Shown piece by piece: positions 35,393 through 44,415 of a stretch of 64,000 bases of DNA. The stretch is from Epithemia pelagica. Taxonomy: Eukaryota > Protista > Bacillariophyta. The stretch spans positions 2,790,001 to 2,854,000 of the forward strand of contig OX337228.1 of assembly GCA_946965045.2 (NCBI GenBank), in the 5' to 3' direction. The translations under genes were made by a program, and so were the position numbers. Numbering within the stretch: position 1 is the first letter of the stretch; each line of letters starts with the position of its first letter. A model generated the notes under the pieces. That model worked only from the letters and a program-made list of their open reading frames with translations, was not told the DNA's origin and did not search any database.

Positions 35393-35959
35393 TTAGTCGG
35401 TGGGTTGTGGTGGTGGATTATTGATATCATGGAGGGCTTCTTCTGGTTTTTTATTGGCGTACTGAATGGCCATGACCCCAGGAAAGAACTTGTCCATGGT
35501 ATTCATGGCCACACCCACCATTTGTCGAACCATTTCGACCGAGAGTTTGGATTCTTTGACAATGGCAGACACTTTGAAACGAATTTCTCCATCTTTGGCA
35601 TCTAAATCAAAGTGTCCGAGCATGACATTGTAGTTGATCCTCATAAAGTATTCGGCAATGGCCGTCCGATGGATTTCGTCCACCTTGGTGGGACTTGTGT
35701 AGTAGACGGCAAAGATCTCGTCGTCGAGATCCATGCTTAACAAAACACGGTAATTGGACGTGTCGCCGTTCATTCCAAACGTGATCATGGGAATGTTGGG
35801 TTGACATTGTGCTTCGGGAATATCACCGTATTTGAGACCCCACGAGTCCAAGGCTTGCTTGACAACCTTGACCATGGGTCGGGTTTCCGTCGTATGGGGA
35901 AGCGGAGCCGTCTCAGCGACTGCTGTCTCGGATTCCTTCGGTTCCAATCCTTCCGTCAT
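35393..35959 (-). CDS. YbjN-domain protein (bacterial type III chaperone-like fold)
   Basis: AEYFMRINYNVMLGHFDLDAKDGEIRFK resembles the YbjN family consensus; intronless. Confidence 0.7.
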   Translation of the reverse strand: MTEGLEPKESETAVAETAPLPHTTETRPMVKVVKQALDSWGLKYGDIPEAQCQPNIPMITFGMNGDTSNYRVLLSMDLDDEIFAVYYTSPTKVDEIHRTAIAEYFMRINYNVMLGHFDLDAKDGEIRFKVSAIVKESKLSVEMVRQMVGVAMNTMDKFFPGVMAIQYANKKPEEALHDINNPPPQPTD

Positions 35960-36334
35960 GGTGCTTTAGTCCGTTTGGGTGTGAATGTGATGAATAATGC
36001 AACGCCAGTGACAACCAATGTGATTGTGGATGGAGCGAAACAATGATCCAAGGAAATCCCCAATCGCACTACACACAAGAACCAATCGCGCATCTGCGCG
36101 AAATCCACGTCTCACGCAAGTTATGGGCTTGCTAGCTCTAGTAGTAGTTAGCTCATCCGCACAACTATCCGCACTCTTATCTCTAATGATGCTTGATCTA
36201 CTCATACTCTACCTCTCATTCTCGGACGTCTGAACGAATCCGGGGGACGCTCGAGCGGGAAGCAGTGCCTTTGTACAATTTTCACTATTCATTTGAGTCA
36301 TATAACCGCTACATACCGTCATTTTTTGTCCTTG

Positions 36335-36344
36335 GGTCTTCTGG
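36335..36344 (+). repeat. Left target-site duplication GGTCTTCTGG
   Basis: Identical to 44219-44228 and immediately outside the TIR. Confidence 0.95.
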
Positions 36345-36499
36345 TACCCCCTAGCGGAAGGGTGAGTCCTGCTCGTGAATGGGTAAGGGTGCAATCTGAT
36401 ACTCACCCCCAAGGCGCGACTTGGATTTCTCGACTTTGACAAAAACTCTCATCCTTATCACTGCATCCACCACGGTGGGTGGAGGTGCAACCCTCCACC

Positions 36500-39400
36500 A
36501 TGTCATCGTCGAAGTCTTCTTCATCGCACAAGCGTCACCGTCGGTCACAACACCAGGTTAGAGAGCATTTCGGCGACCCCGTGCCAACGGACACATCCAT
36601 TCCAAGCAGTATTCAAGCCACCAATAAACACCCAGAAATCGCCAAAACTCAGCAAGCTTCTTCCTCTCGTCCACCCAAACCTGCTCCTGCTCCTAATGCT
36701 CCCCCAAGTGGTCCTTCCCCTCCCTCTGTTCCACCCATGGCTTCGAGAAGTGACTCAGACTTCAGCGATCATGCTCCCCACCTACCCGACTACTTTGATT
36801 CAAGTGGCTCTGACAACGAAGATGAATACCACACTCCCAGTGTCAAACCAGCGGTTCCACCCACAGCAATGAACAATACCAATAACTCTGAACCGTCGAC
36901 CTTCCTTGCTAGTTCCGCGGCCAGTGATTTATCCACCATCCCCTCGACATCAGACCGGAGTCTTAAGGATCCTCCCCAACCTCCCACACAATCAACTTCA
37001 TTCTCCACCGCCTTTCCCTTGTCGAACGTTGCTTCGCCGGCCAATCCTTTGCCCAGTACCTACACACGTCCTTCGAATCCAGAAAGCGCCAACCCCTCTA
37101 TGCACACAAAGGTTTCGTCGTTCTCTTTCAACGTATGGCACCGTCAACAATCCTTCGGGCCTTTCCAGTTTGGAACACAATCTTCTCCACCAAAACAATT
37201 GAACCTTCTACCAGCAATAGAAGACGAAGCAAATGCCCCAGCCTCTGTCTCCAATCCCAGCAACAACAACCCCCCTGCGACCAATCCCACAAGCCAATCG
37301 TCACCAGCATCAAGCACTACATTGGCACCAACACAAGAAGCGCCTCCAACAGAAGAATCGTCTCCAACAACACAAGAAGCGCCTCCAACCCAGCCACCCA
37401 CTGAACGTGATGCTCCCCTTCTAACGCGCGTTGTTCCAAGTCGTAAACCCAACAATCCTAATATGAAAAGTGTAATTCGGAATATATCGGAAGGAATGTA
37501 TTACATTCCCCTACGTCGGATGGATCCTTTCCCTTGCAGAAACCCTGGTCCCTCAACGACAAATGCTCCATTGATGATTGCTTCTCCCAACCCTTCTCCC
37601 CAACAACGGTTGTCCCTTTCCTTGGTGAAAAACAACTGCGCCCAGATAATGAAAAGGGCGAAAAACTACACTGATGGTATGTCCCGTTCACCCACTGGTG
37701 TTTCTAAGCAACGGCGATTCCAAGAGACGAATAAAAAACGGAAACACAGAGACAGCAACACGGCCGATGCTGTTTCCGACTCGACCACCAACAATCCAAC
37801 ACAGTCGGCCGAGCCTCTGCCACAACTGCCAATAGTGACATCGTTTGCTATGCGAACCTTGCTCCTTGAAGACGTATGGTTTTTGAAGGAAGGCTCTGCC
37901 GTTGTTCTATTCTTCCATGACGAGAGTCTTCCGCCGAAATATAGTAAGAAATGGTTGAATGTCTCCAAGGTCACCGAGCAACAAGGATACATGCCAGTAG
38001 TATCCTGTCAAGGCCGTAAATACAAGCAGCTTACTGGATGGGTGCACCGCAATCGAGATCTAAAAGAACAACTGCACGGTCCGAGAACATACGAGCAAGT
38101 ACGTGCGGCCATGCAAGAGTTTCACCAACACGGTTTGCACATCAAGTTTCCTATCTTTACATCACAGGTTTCATTCAACCTATGTACACCGCCCCTGCAA
38201 TGCATGGAGGCACTGTTGACCTGGTTCGAGGTCTTTCAGTTTCCCCAGAGCGTATTCCTTCAATCCGACTACCATCCCGAACGCAACTGGCTCGCAACCT
38301 TTCGGACACTCAAAGATACTGGAGGGGACGACCACTCTACCCTACTCCATCGGGTTGTACAAGAGACCACGGGTGATAGGTTCATGTTGTCGGAAATGAA
38401 ATGTGTTTGGGAGCGATGCAAGTACAACAAAAAGCTGGCTGCTGGAAAGGAAGACTATCTTCGCGCTATTGATACGATCCGTGAAGAAGCCGCCAATGCA
38501 CCGCCTCCACCGTTCATCATGCCCGATGTTGTCAAGCCTTTCTGCGAGTATGTTGACAAACGCATACTCGAGAGGATGGATGATTGTTTTGGACGGTTTA
38601 CAAACATTTTCGAGAAGTTCCTTTCGGAACACGAGACGAGGGCATTGGCAAACGAATTCGAACGCCAACTTCCAACTCATTTCAGTACATTGATGGGTCT
38701 TAGTGGATACACGGAGAAGCTGCAAAAATTGGATTCGGCCGACACCAAACCAGGCCATGCCCTCATGCTTCGTCTCCGTTTTGCTTTGGATGTCTTCTTT
38801 CAGTTTGTAGTCCGCGTCCGTAAACAGAATAATCACCGCCTTGTGCCTTTCGGGATGCTCTTCGCTTTGGCACAGTACGCTGGTGGACATCCACTGCTGG
38901 CAACCCAGATTCCGGTTTGGATGGGACTGTCTGTGTCAAAACGTACCATGGAACGACGTCTCGAGCAGTTGTTCGATGGGTATGAGAATCAATCCAAGCG
39001 GGCCATACGCCGATGCACCAGTCTCCTATGTGTGTTCGACAATCTGCAGGCCGGTAGGAAATTGCAGTTCCAGGATGGACAGAGCTCCGTGTTCACCCGG
39101 GTCACAGCAAGATTCCTAATGACAATGTATTTGTCAGACTTTCCGGACTGGGTATTAACCTTCATTCAACGTCCAACCCTTACCTTCATCGAACAGTCCA
39201 TTCCGGCACCATTGAACATGCCAACGTTCGAGCTTGAACCCAAAACTACTCCAATGTATGATATTCTCAATTCTCTGGTCCAGGGGAGCTGGAAATCGGA
39301 CACCAACCCGATAGGAAATCCGTTTGATTGTTCCGGTAAACGCGTGCGCTATTATATGCAGCTCCGCTATTGTTGTCGAGAATTGTCAGTGGTGAGAAGG

Positions 39401-41839
39401 TACCTGTCTACCAGGCGCCGCAAGGGGACTAACCAAGAAGTCGACTATACGCTGCAACCTACTCCATTTGCCCGGAACCCAACCCGCACTGCTGTGTCCA
39501 ATGCCATGATCAGGCTTCGTAAGAATAGAAACGCCAATCTATTTGCTTTGGCAAAACAATTTCCGTGCAGAGTTGTTCGGACGTGGCGTGCTGATCCTCC
39601 CGTGGCGGAATTGCTCCTGTTGCCCGTCTCTGTTCTCGACGAAACAACAAAAACTGGCGCCTCCGGAATCCTTCTTGATTTCATGGTACTTCACGGCTTG
39701 TTAACATGGAACGTAACAAGTCAAATGTATGAACCAAAAGAAGGGTGGGACGAGAAATGGCTGTTCATAGTTGGCGACGGTCTATCTATTGATAGACTCT
39801 TCCAATTTTTCGACGATATTATGGGCATCTTGGACGCCAAGTTGGTTTCTTTCCGACATGCTTATCGACAGGCAATGAACATTACTCAAGTTGTTCACCG
39901 TATCGTCCCTATTAACGGCGATTTGCATGTCAGGTTTCACATGCTTGATGTCGTTTACCGCCTATTCTATGGCGGTTTTTTACAGGTTGTGCAATACCGA
40001 CTCCAATGGAAGCGCCTTGATCCGTACGATGTTTCAAACAGCTACCGCCTGTGTCATCGTCTTGCGGTCCTTGTTTATGAAGAGCTTCAGCGGCTTATGA
40101 TTGACCTTTACCTACTGAAAGGTTTTTCTATGAGCAAGTTCGACGAACTCATGCATTTCGGTGGTGAGGAATCTGTTGCTGTATTCATCTCAAAAGATTA
40201 TGTGGACTATTTGAATCGACAAGTACGAGAATCCAAGAATTGGTTACAGCGCTTCCTCTGTAACTACTTGCTGCTCATGCGGAAGTACTTGACGTTTTGG
40301 GAAGCCGAGCATCAGGGTGATAGTATTACTATGGAGGCCGTTATAGTGGACTATCTGCCATTCTGGTACATAACCAAGAAGCATGTATCCTTCAGTACAC
40401 AGCTGAGGTTGATAGAACTATACTATCATCGGTTGCCGATCTCGGTCTTGCAACAAATACGGATAAATCGCACGAAACGGCAAACACCTGGCAGCAATGC
40501 GTCGCTATATTCTACTGAAAGCGCTTTGGACCAAATTATGGAAAGGCTCATGCCATTTTTTAAGAGCATGAGCCATAATGGTACCGAGGCTGCTTTTGTG
40601 AAAGCCTCCAAAATGCTTACCGCCTGTCAAAGGGCTAAGCATTTTGTCGAGTTCTACACTCGGACAAGAAGCGATGCCGAATATGAACTGGCAGAGCGTC
40701 AGAAAGAAGACATGCCCGAAGAAACCAATAGTCCATTAGTGGATCCAGGACAACGACGCAAGACCACCACGTCACCATCTAGGCGATTGAATCGAGTCCT
40801 TATCACGGAATTGCTCACATTAGCTAAATGCCATGAGGTACGCCCTGATCAGGCATGGCCGATGGACGAAGACTGCTTTTGGAGGGCCCTCGACCAAACA
40901 ACACTGCAGGTACACAAGAAAGTATCTCGGCTGGGACAAGGTCAAGTGGAGAAGGACGCTACAGATAAATATGTTATGGTCCAGGTGAACCATATGATGG
41001 CAGGCAGATCTAAACGGCGAGCCAAAACCAATGTTGATAATGTGGACGACGACGGAGGAGGGAAAGCTGCTACAGATGAAAATAATGAGGACGAGGAGTC
41101 GACCGTCGTAGATTTGGAACAAGAAATGAAAGACATGGACGGAGACACTGCAACAGTCGTAGATGACATATCGGTTTTCTCCGACGACGATGGTGGCATC
41201 GTTGAGATCTTGAATGACCCAGCAATCTATGGCACACAGCCACAATCGTTTATGGAACCGGTTTCCTGTATGGTAGACGACGACGGGGACAATGTGAACG
41301 GAATGCCTGACGGTGAAACGGAGGACGACGCCATACAGGAGACGCAGATGGAGGATTTGGCAGTCCAGGAAGATGCAGATGAGATAGCAGGAGAGGTCCC
41401 GGATGAAGATGATGAAGATGACGATAGAAGTGAAGAAAGAGCGGAGAATGAGGCTGAAGAAGGAGCCAAGAAAGGGCCTACAAAGGAGGGAGACAACGAA
41501 GAACCATTGAAGTTGATGAAGAAAAAGGGAGTGACAGGAATGAAGGTAGTGGAAATGAATCCACTGTCTTCTGTGGATATCGTTGCCCGTGCCTTGCATG
41601 ATATGGCCGAGAAGAATGTCATTAACGCCAGGCAACGAGACGCTGATCGAAAAGAACGGGAGCACCACTTCCTGCGCCGGAAACTGTACAATCGCTTGGA
41701 AGCTATGGAACAAGACACTGTGCACATGGATGATTGGGGCGACGATGGAGATAGTATGGAGGAAGCAGCGTCAGATACAGAGCGATTGGACGAGGCACTT
41801 GAGTTGTTTGAAGTATACAAACATGAAAGGGGAGGTTAG
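36500..41839 (+). CDS. Academ-type (DUF6589-like) transposase
   Basis: Motifs CVFDNLQ (Asp codon 39038), LDET, FIVGDGLS (39776), NGDLHVRFHM..YRLFYGG (about 39920), downstream ALDQIMERL; low-complexity Pro/Ser N-terminus and acidic C-terminus; inside TIRs. Confidence 0.75.
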   Translation: MSSSKSSSSHKRHRRSQHQVREHFGDPVPTDTSIPSSIQATNKHPEIAKTQQASSSRPPKPAPAPNAPPSGPSPPSVPPMASRSDSDFSDHAPHLPDYFDSSGSDNEDEYHTPSVKPAVPPTAMNNTNNSEPSTFLASSAASDLSTIPSTSDRSLKDPPQPPTQSTSFSTAFPLSNVASPANPLPSTYTRPSNPESANPSMHTKVSSFSFNVWHRQQSFGPFQFGTQSSPPKQLNLLPAIEDEANAPASVSNPSNNNPPATNPTSQSSPASSTTLAPTQEAPPTEESSPTTQEAPPTQPPTERDAPLLTRVVPSRKPNNPNMKSVIRNISEGMYYIPLRRMDPFPCRNPGPSTTNAPLMIASPNPSPQQRLSLSLVKNNCAQIMKRAKNYTDGMSRSPTGVSKQRRFQETNKKRKHRDSNTADAVSDSTTNNPTQSAEPLPQLPIVTSFAMRTLLLEDVWFLKEGSAVVLFFHDESLPPKYSKKWLNVSKVTEQQGYMPVVSCQGRKYKQLTGWVHRNRDLKEQLHGPRTYEQVRAAMQEFHQHGLHIKFPIFTSQVSFNLCTPPLQCMEALLTWFEVFQFPQSVFLQSDYHPERNWLATFRTLKDTGGDDHSTLLHRVVQETTGDRFMLSEMKCVWERCKYNKKLAAGKEDYLRAIDTIREEAANAPPPPFIMPDVVKPFCEYVDKRILERMDDCFGRFTNIFEKFLSEHETRALANEFERQLPTHFSTLMGLSGYTEKLQKLDSADTKPGHALMLRLRFALDVFFQFVVRVRKQNNHRLVPFGMLFALAQYAGGHPLLATQIPVWMGLSVSKRTMERRLEQLFDGYENQSKRAIRRCTSLLCVFDNLQAGRKLQFQDGQSSVFTRVTARFLMTMYLSDFPDWVLTFIQRPTLTFIEQSIPAPLNMPTFELEPKTTPMYDILNSLVQGSWKSDTNPIGNPFDCSGKRVRYYMQLRYCCRELSVVRRYLSTRRRKGTNQEVDYTLQPTPFARNPTRTAVSNAMIRLRKNRNANLFALAKQFPCRVVRTWRADPPVAELLLLPVSVLDETTKTGASGILLDFMVLHGLLTWNVTSQMYEPKEGWDEKWLFIVGDGLSIDRLFQFFDDIMGILDAKLVSFRHAYRQAMNITQVVHRIVPINGDLHVRFHMLDVVYRLFYGGFLQVVQYRLQWKRLDPYDVSNSYRLCHRLAVLVYEELQRLMIDLYLLKGFSMSKFDELMHFGGEESVAVFISKDYVDYLNRQVRESKNWLQRFLCNYLLLMRKYLTFWEAEHQGDSITMEAVIVDYLPFWYITKKHVSFSTQLRLIELYYHRLPISVLQQIRINRTKRQTPGSNASLYSTESALDQIMERLMPFFKSMSHNGTEAAFVKASKMLTACQRAKHFVEFYTRTRSDAEYELAERQKEDMPEETNSPLVDPGQRRKTTTSPSRRLNRVLITELLTLAKCHEVRPDQAWPMDEDCFWRALDQTTLQVHKKVSRLGQGQVEKDATDKYVMVQVNHMMAGRSKRRAKTNVDNVDDDGGGKAATDENNEDEESTVVDLEQEMKDMDGDTATVVDDISVFSDDDGGIVEILNDPAIYGTQPQSFMEPVSCMVDDDGDNVNGMPDGETEDDAIQETQMEDLAVQEDADEIAGEVPDEDDEDDDRSEERAENEAEEGAKKGPTKEGDNEEPLKLMKKKGVTGMKVVEMNPLSSVDIVARALHDMAEKNVINARQRDADRKEREHHFLRRKLYNRLEAMEQDTVHMDDWGDDGDSMEEAASDTERLDEALELFEVYKHERGG

Positions 41840-41865
41840 TAAATAGTTTGGTTAAGTACTAGTAG

Positions 41866-44046
41866 TTATTCGTTTGAGGACAAGACATTGAACCCTTTCC
41901 AAGATTTGTGATCGTTCATGCGGGGGTTCCCCTCTGGACTGTAGCCCAGTTTGACACGTAGATTGAAACCATCGATGTCGGGCTCCAAGATTCCAGCACA
42001 GAAGCACTTTAGAATGAGGGCCTTACTGCGCTGTCGTACCGATGCTTTGGATGTAATTCCCAAGACGGCTTTCGGAAAGCATTTGACGGTTTTGCCATCA
42101 GGACCAGGTGTACCGAATGCAAGCATCTCGTTCAAAAAGATATCATTATGCAACAACAACTTGGAGGGTGGTAGCTTGTCCGTAATGAACATAGAAAGAA
42201 GGTATTTCTTGAAGGTTTCAACATTAAGTGGTGCATCAAGCGGGGTGGAGATACGTGGTGTAGCGCAACGCCAGCAAGCACCACCGCATGAAGCATGCAA
42301 ATCACAAATAGACGACTTGTTTGGGTGTAGCATGAGTTGCTCAAGCGCAAAATGCACACATCGTCCATCATCAATACATAAAAGCGACATGACGCGACGG
42401 GCTCGTTCCCATTGGCGTTTGGATAAAGCCTCTTGAGATAGTAAGGCTGTTGTTCGTGCCGTGGTGTCGGTGGAATTGGCGTTGGCTTCGTTGGTGGTGG
42501 CGGCCTTGGAGGCTTCGTACTTTGGGATGATGAAAATGCGTGTAAGCATAGACACCATACTGTTTAACGATGCCAGGATCGTAAAGCGCGAAGTCTTGTA
42601 GGTTGCGGTGGGGCTTCGGCCACATCGACCAGAGCATTGTAAGAAATCTTCTGTGCTCTGTGGGAAACCATGGAACAAGACCTGGTCAACTTCATGACAG
42701 TCGATCCCCGAGCTGGTGGCACCGGCAGTTGCAAAGTAGCCAACAGGGTCGAAGCGTAGAGTACGGCCCGTCGTAGGACACTGCTCAACAAGAGGTTTCC
42801 CGACGAAAAGATCCGTGTTATGAAACTTCTGTTCACGGTACATGTTACCGTGAACCAACACAAGATCTTTCTCAATCCGCTTGATATTCAACTCGTTGCG
42901 GCACTTGCCGTAAAGGTTGATTATTGCTTTACGAGAATTGGAATAGACCATGAGCTTCCGGCCATGTGCTGTCCGACTCGTTTTGATTAGTTCACGCTTG
43001 ATGTGACGAAGTGGAGAATCTTGAAACACGAAGCTGATAAATATATTGCGTCGGTCGACACCGGAGTGGTGGTGAGGCCACATGAAATCACTTGTTTTGT
43101 CGAACGTTAGGCCAGTGAGCAACTCAACATCGCTCACCATCTCTTCGGAGGCTGTGGCCGTCATGAATAGAATAGGAATGGGAATTGTTGTGTTTCGTTT
43201 TGCCATGTTGAATAGAATCTCTTTGAGATCACCGAACTCCTGGCGAAATTCCAACCCGTGCGATGCATACAAATGGCACTCGTCTACCGCAATGAAACGT
43301 ATGGAGCCGCGGCGGAAACATGTCTGGAGGGTTTGTTGCCATGATGTATCTTTCGTAAGCTTCTGAGGAGACGTAAATAATGAAACTCTGATACGCGAGT
43401 CACTTGACAATGACTCCAATTTGCTCCGAAGGAAATCGTTGATTGTTTTGGAACGTAGTACGTCCAGATTGAACACTTTCAGATGCCGGTCAAGACCTTG
43501 GCTGGATGAAAGAGTGACGAGCTTTGATGTTTGGTCTGCTGATAGACTCAATAGGGGGACGATGGTTATCGTGATGCCCCCAGTAAGGAAACCACAGACA
43601 TCGCGGACAGCCGACTTTCCACCACCCGTAGAGCGTACAAGCAGCATGGGACGGAGGGGAACAGAGGGGAGGGGATGCACATGCCGGTGGAGAAGCTGTT
43701 CACATGCACCGACCTGCCATGGACGAGCTGTCTTGCCATGCCAACCATGGAAAGCAGAGTTGATGGCCTCTTGTAGCGTCGACGGGTTGGAAGCGTTGGT
43801 TTCCAGGCCAGGAAGGTCCGTGGGGTGGGTAGGGATAGGGTCGACAACTCGGGTCGGGTTGGGCTGGTGCATAATGGTGTCGGATGGATGGTTTTCATTC
43901 GGGTTGTTGTTGCTTCCCATTGCACTGTCTTGGTACTGAGATCTAAATGGAAGCAGCGGGTCGGAACGGTTGGTTTCCACGCCAGGATGGTCCCTTGGGT
44001 TGGTATGGACAAGGTCGACAACTCTGGTCGGATGGGGAGGGGCCAT
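41866..44046 (-). CDS. RecQ-like superfamily 2 helicase encoded by the transposon
   Basis: Motif 0-like WQ, I STGGGKS, Ia IVPLLSLSADQ, II AVDECH, III MTATA, V ATAGATSSGIDCHEV, VI QCSGRCGR; Cys cluster CVH..CGGACWRC resembling the RQC zinc site. Confidence 0.88.
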   Translation of the reverse strand: MAPPHPTRVVDLVHTNPRDHPGVETNRSDPLLPFRSQYQDSAMGSNNNPNENHPSDTIMHQPNPTRVVDPIPTHPTDLPGLETNASNPSTLQEAINSAFHGWHGKTARPWQVGACEQLLHRHVHPLPSVPLRPMLLVRSTGGGKSAVRDVCGFLTGGITITIVPLLSLSADQTSKLVTLSSSQGLDRHLKVFNLDVLRSKTINDFLRSKLESLSSDSRIRVSLFTSPQKLTKDTSWQQTLQTCFRRGSIRFIAVDECHLYASHGLEFRQEFGDLKEILFNMAKRNTTIPIPILFMTATASEEMVSDVELLTGLTFDKTSDFMWPHHHSGVDRRNIFISFVFQDSPLRHIKRELIKTSRTAHGRKLMVYSNSRKAIINLYGKCRNELNIKRIEKDLVLVHGNMYREQKFHNTDLFVGKPLVEQCPTTGRTLRFDPVGYFATAGATSSGIDCHEVDQVLFHGFPQSTEDFLQCSGRCGRSPTATYKTSRFTILASLNSMVSMLTRIFIIPKYEASKAATTNEANANSTDTTARTTALLSQEALSKRQWERARRVMSLLCIDDGRCVHFALEQLMLHPNKSSICDLHASCGGACWRCATPRISTPLDAPLNVETFKKYLLSMFITDKLPPSKLLLHNDIFLNEMLAFGTPGPDGKTVKCFPKAVLGITSKASVRQRSKALILKCFCAGILEPDIDGFNLRVKLGYSPEGNPRMNDHKSWKGFNVLSSNE

Positions 44047-44218
44047 GGGTGATGTTACAACCACAACAAGATGGGTCTCGTAGTGATTGCGTTGTTGTTG
44101 TTGTGAGTTTTTGTCAAAGACGGAAAATCGCCGATTTTGAGGATCGCGCCTTGGGGGTGAGTATGAGAATTCACCCTGAATCACGATCAACCAGGACTCA
44201 CCCTTCCGCTAGGGGGTA

Positions 44219-44228
44219 GGTCTTCTGG
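44219..44228 (+). repeat. Right target-site duplication GGTCTTCTGG
   Basis: Identical to 36335-36344. Confidence 0.95.
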
Positions 44229-44415
44229 ATTTTGTGTCGAAGCCGCCAGCATTTGCCCTCTGTAGCTTGTAGGAGTAGCTTGTGTTCTCATCGTCAAGAC
44301 CTCTTGTCAAGAAGTCAAAGTCTCCTGGTAGACACCAACAACAAGCAAAGGACACCTTTCAAGCGTTGCCTTGTGAAGAACGAAAAAGAAGAAGGAGACA
44401 AGGACCACCAGCACC

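Larger units (their letters stand above)
36345..44218. mobile_element. Intact AcademH-like DNA transposon (7,874 bp): TIRs, 10-bp TSD, transposase + RecQ-like helicase
   Basis: Identical 27-bp TIRs TACCCCCTAGCGGAAGGGTGAGTCCTG at 36345-36371 and inverted at 44192-44218; flanked by direct repeat GGTCTTCTGG at 36335-36344 and 44219-44228; two long convergent intronless ORFs. Confidence 0.9.

Noticed and set aside
40820-41820. Long antisense ORFs (301 aa and 197 aa) opposite the transposase tail
   Set aside because: Shadow frames of a low-complexity acidic coding region; no motifs
36345-44218. Alternative identity as Mutator/MULE, Helitron or host RecQ locus
   Set aside because: The 10-bp TSD fits MULE, but I see no MULE transposase or SWIM motifs. 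Helitrons have a PIF1 (SF1) helicase with an HUH Rep and lack TIRs/TSDs. A host RecQ would not be enclosed by TIRs and a TSD.
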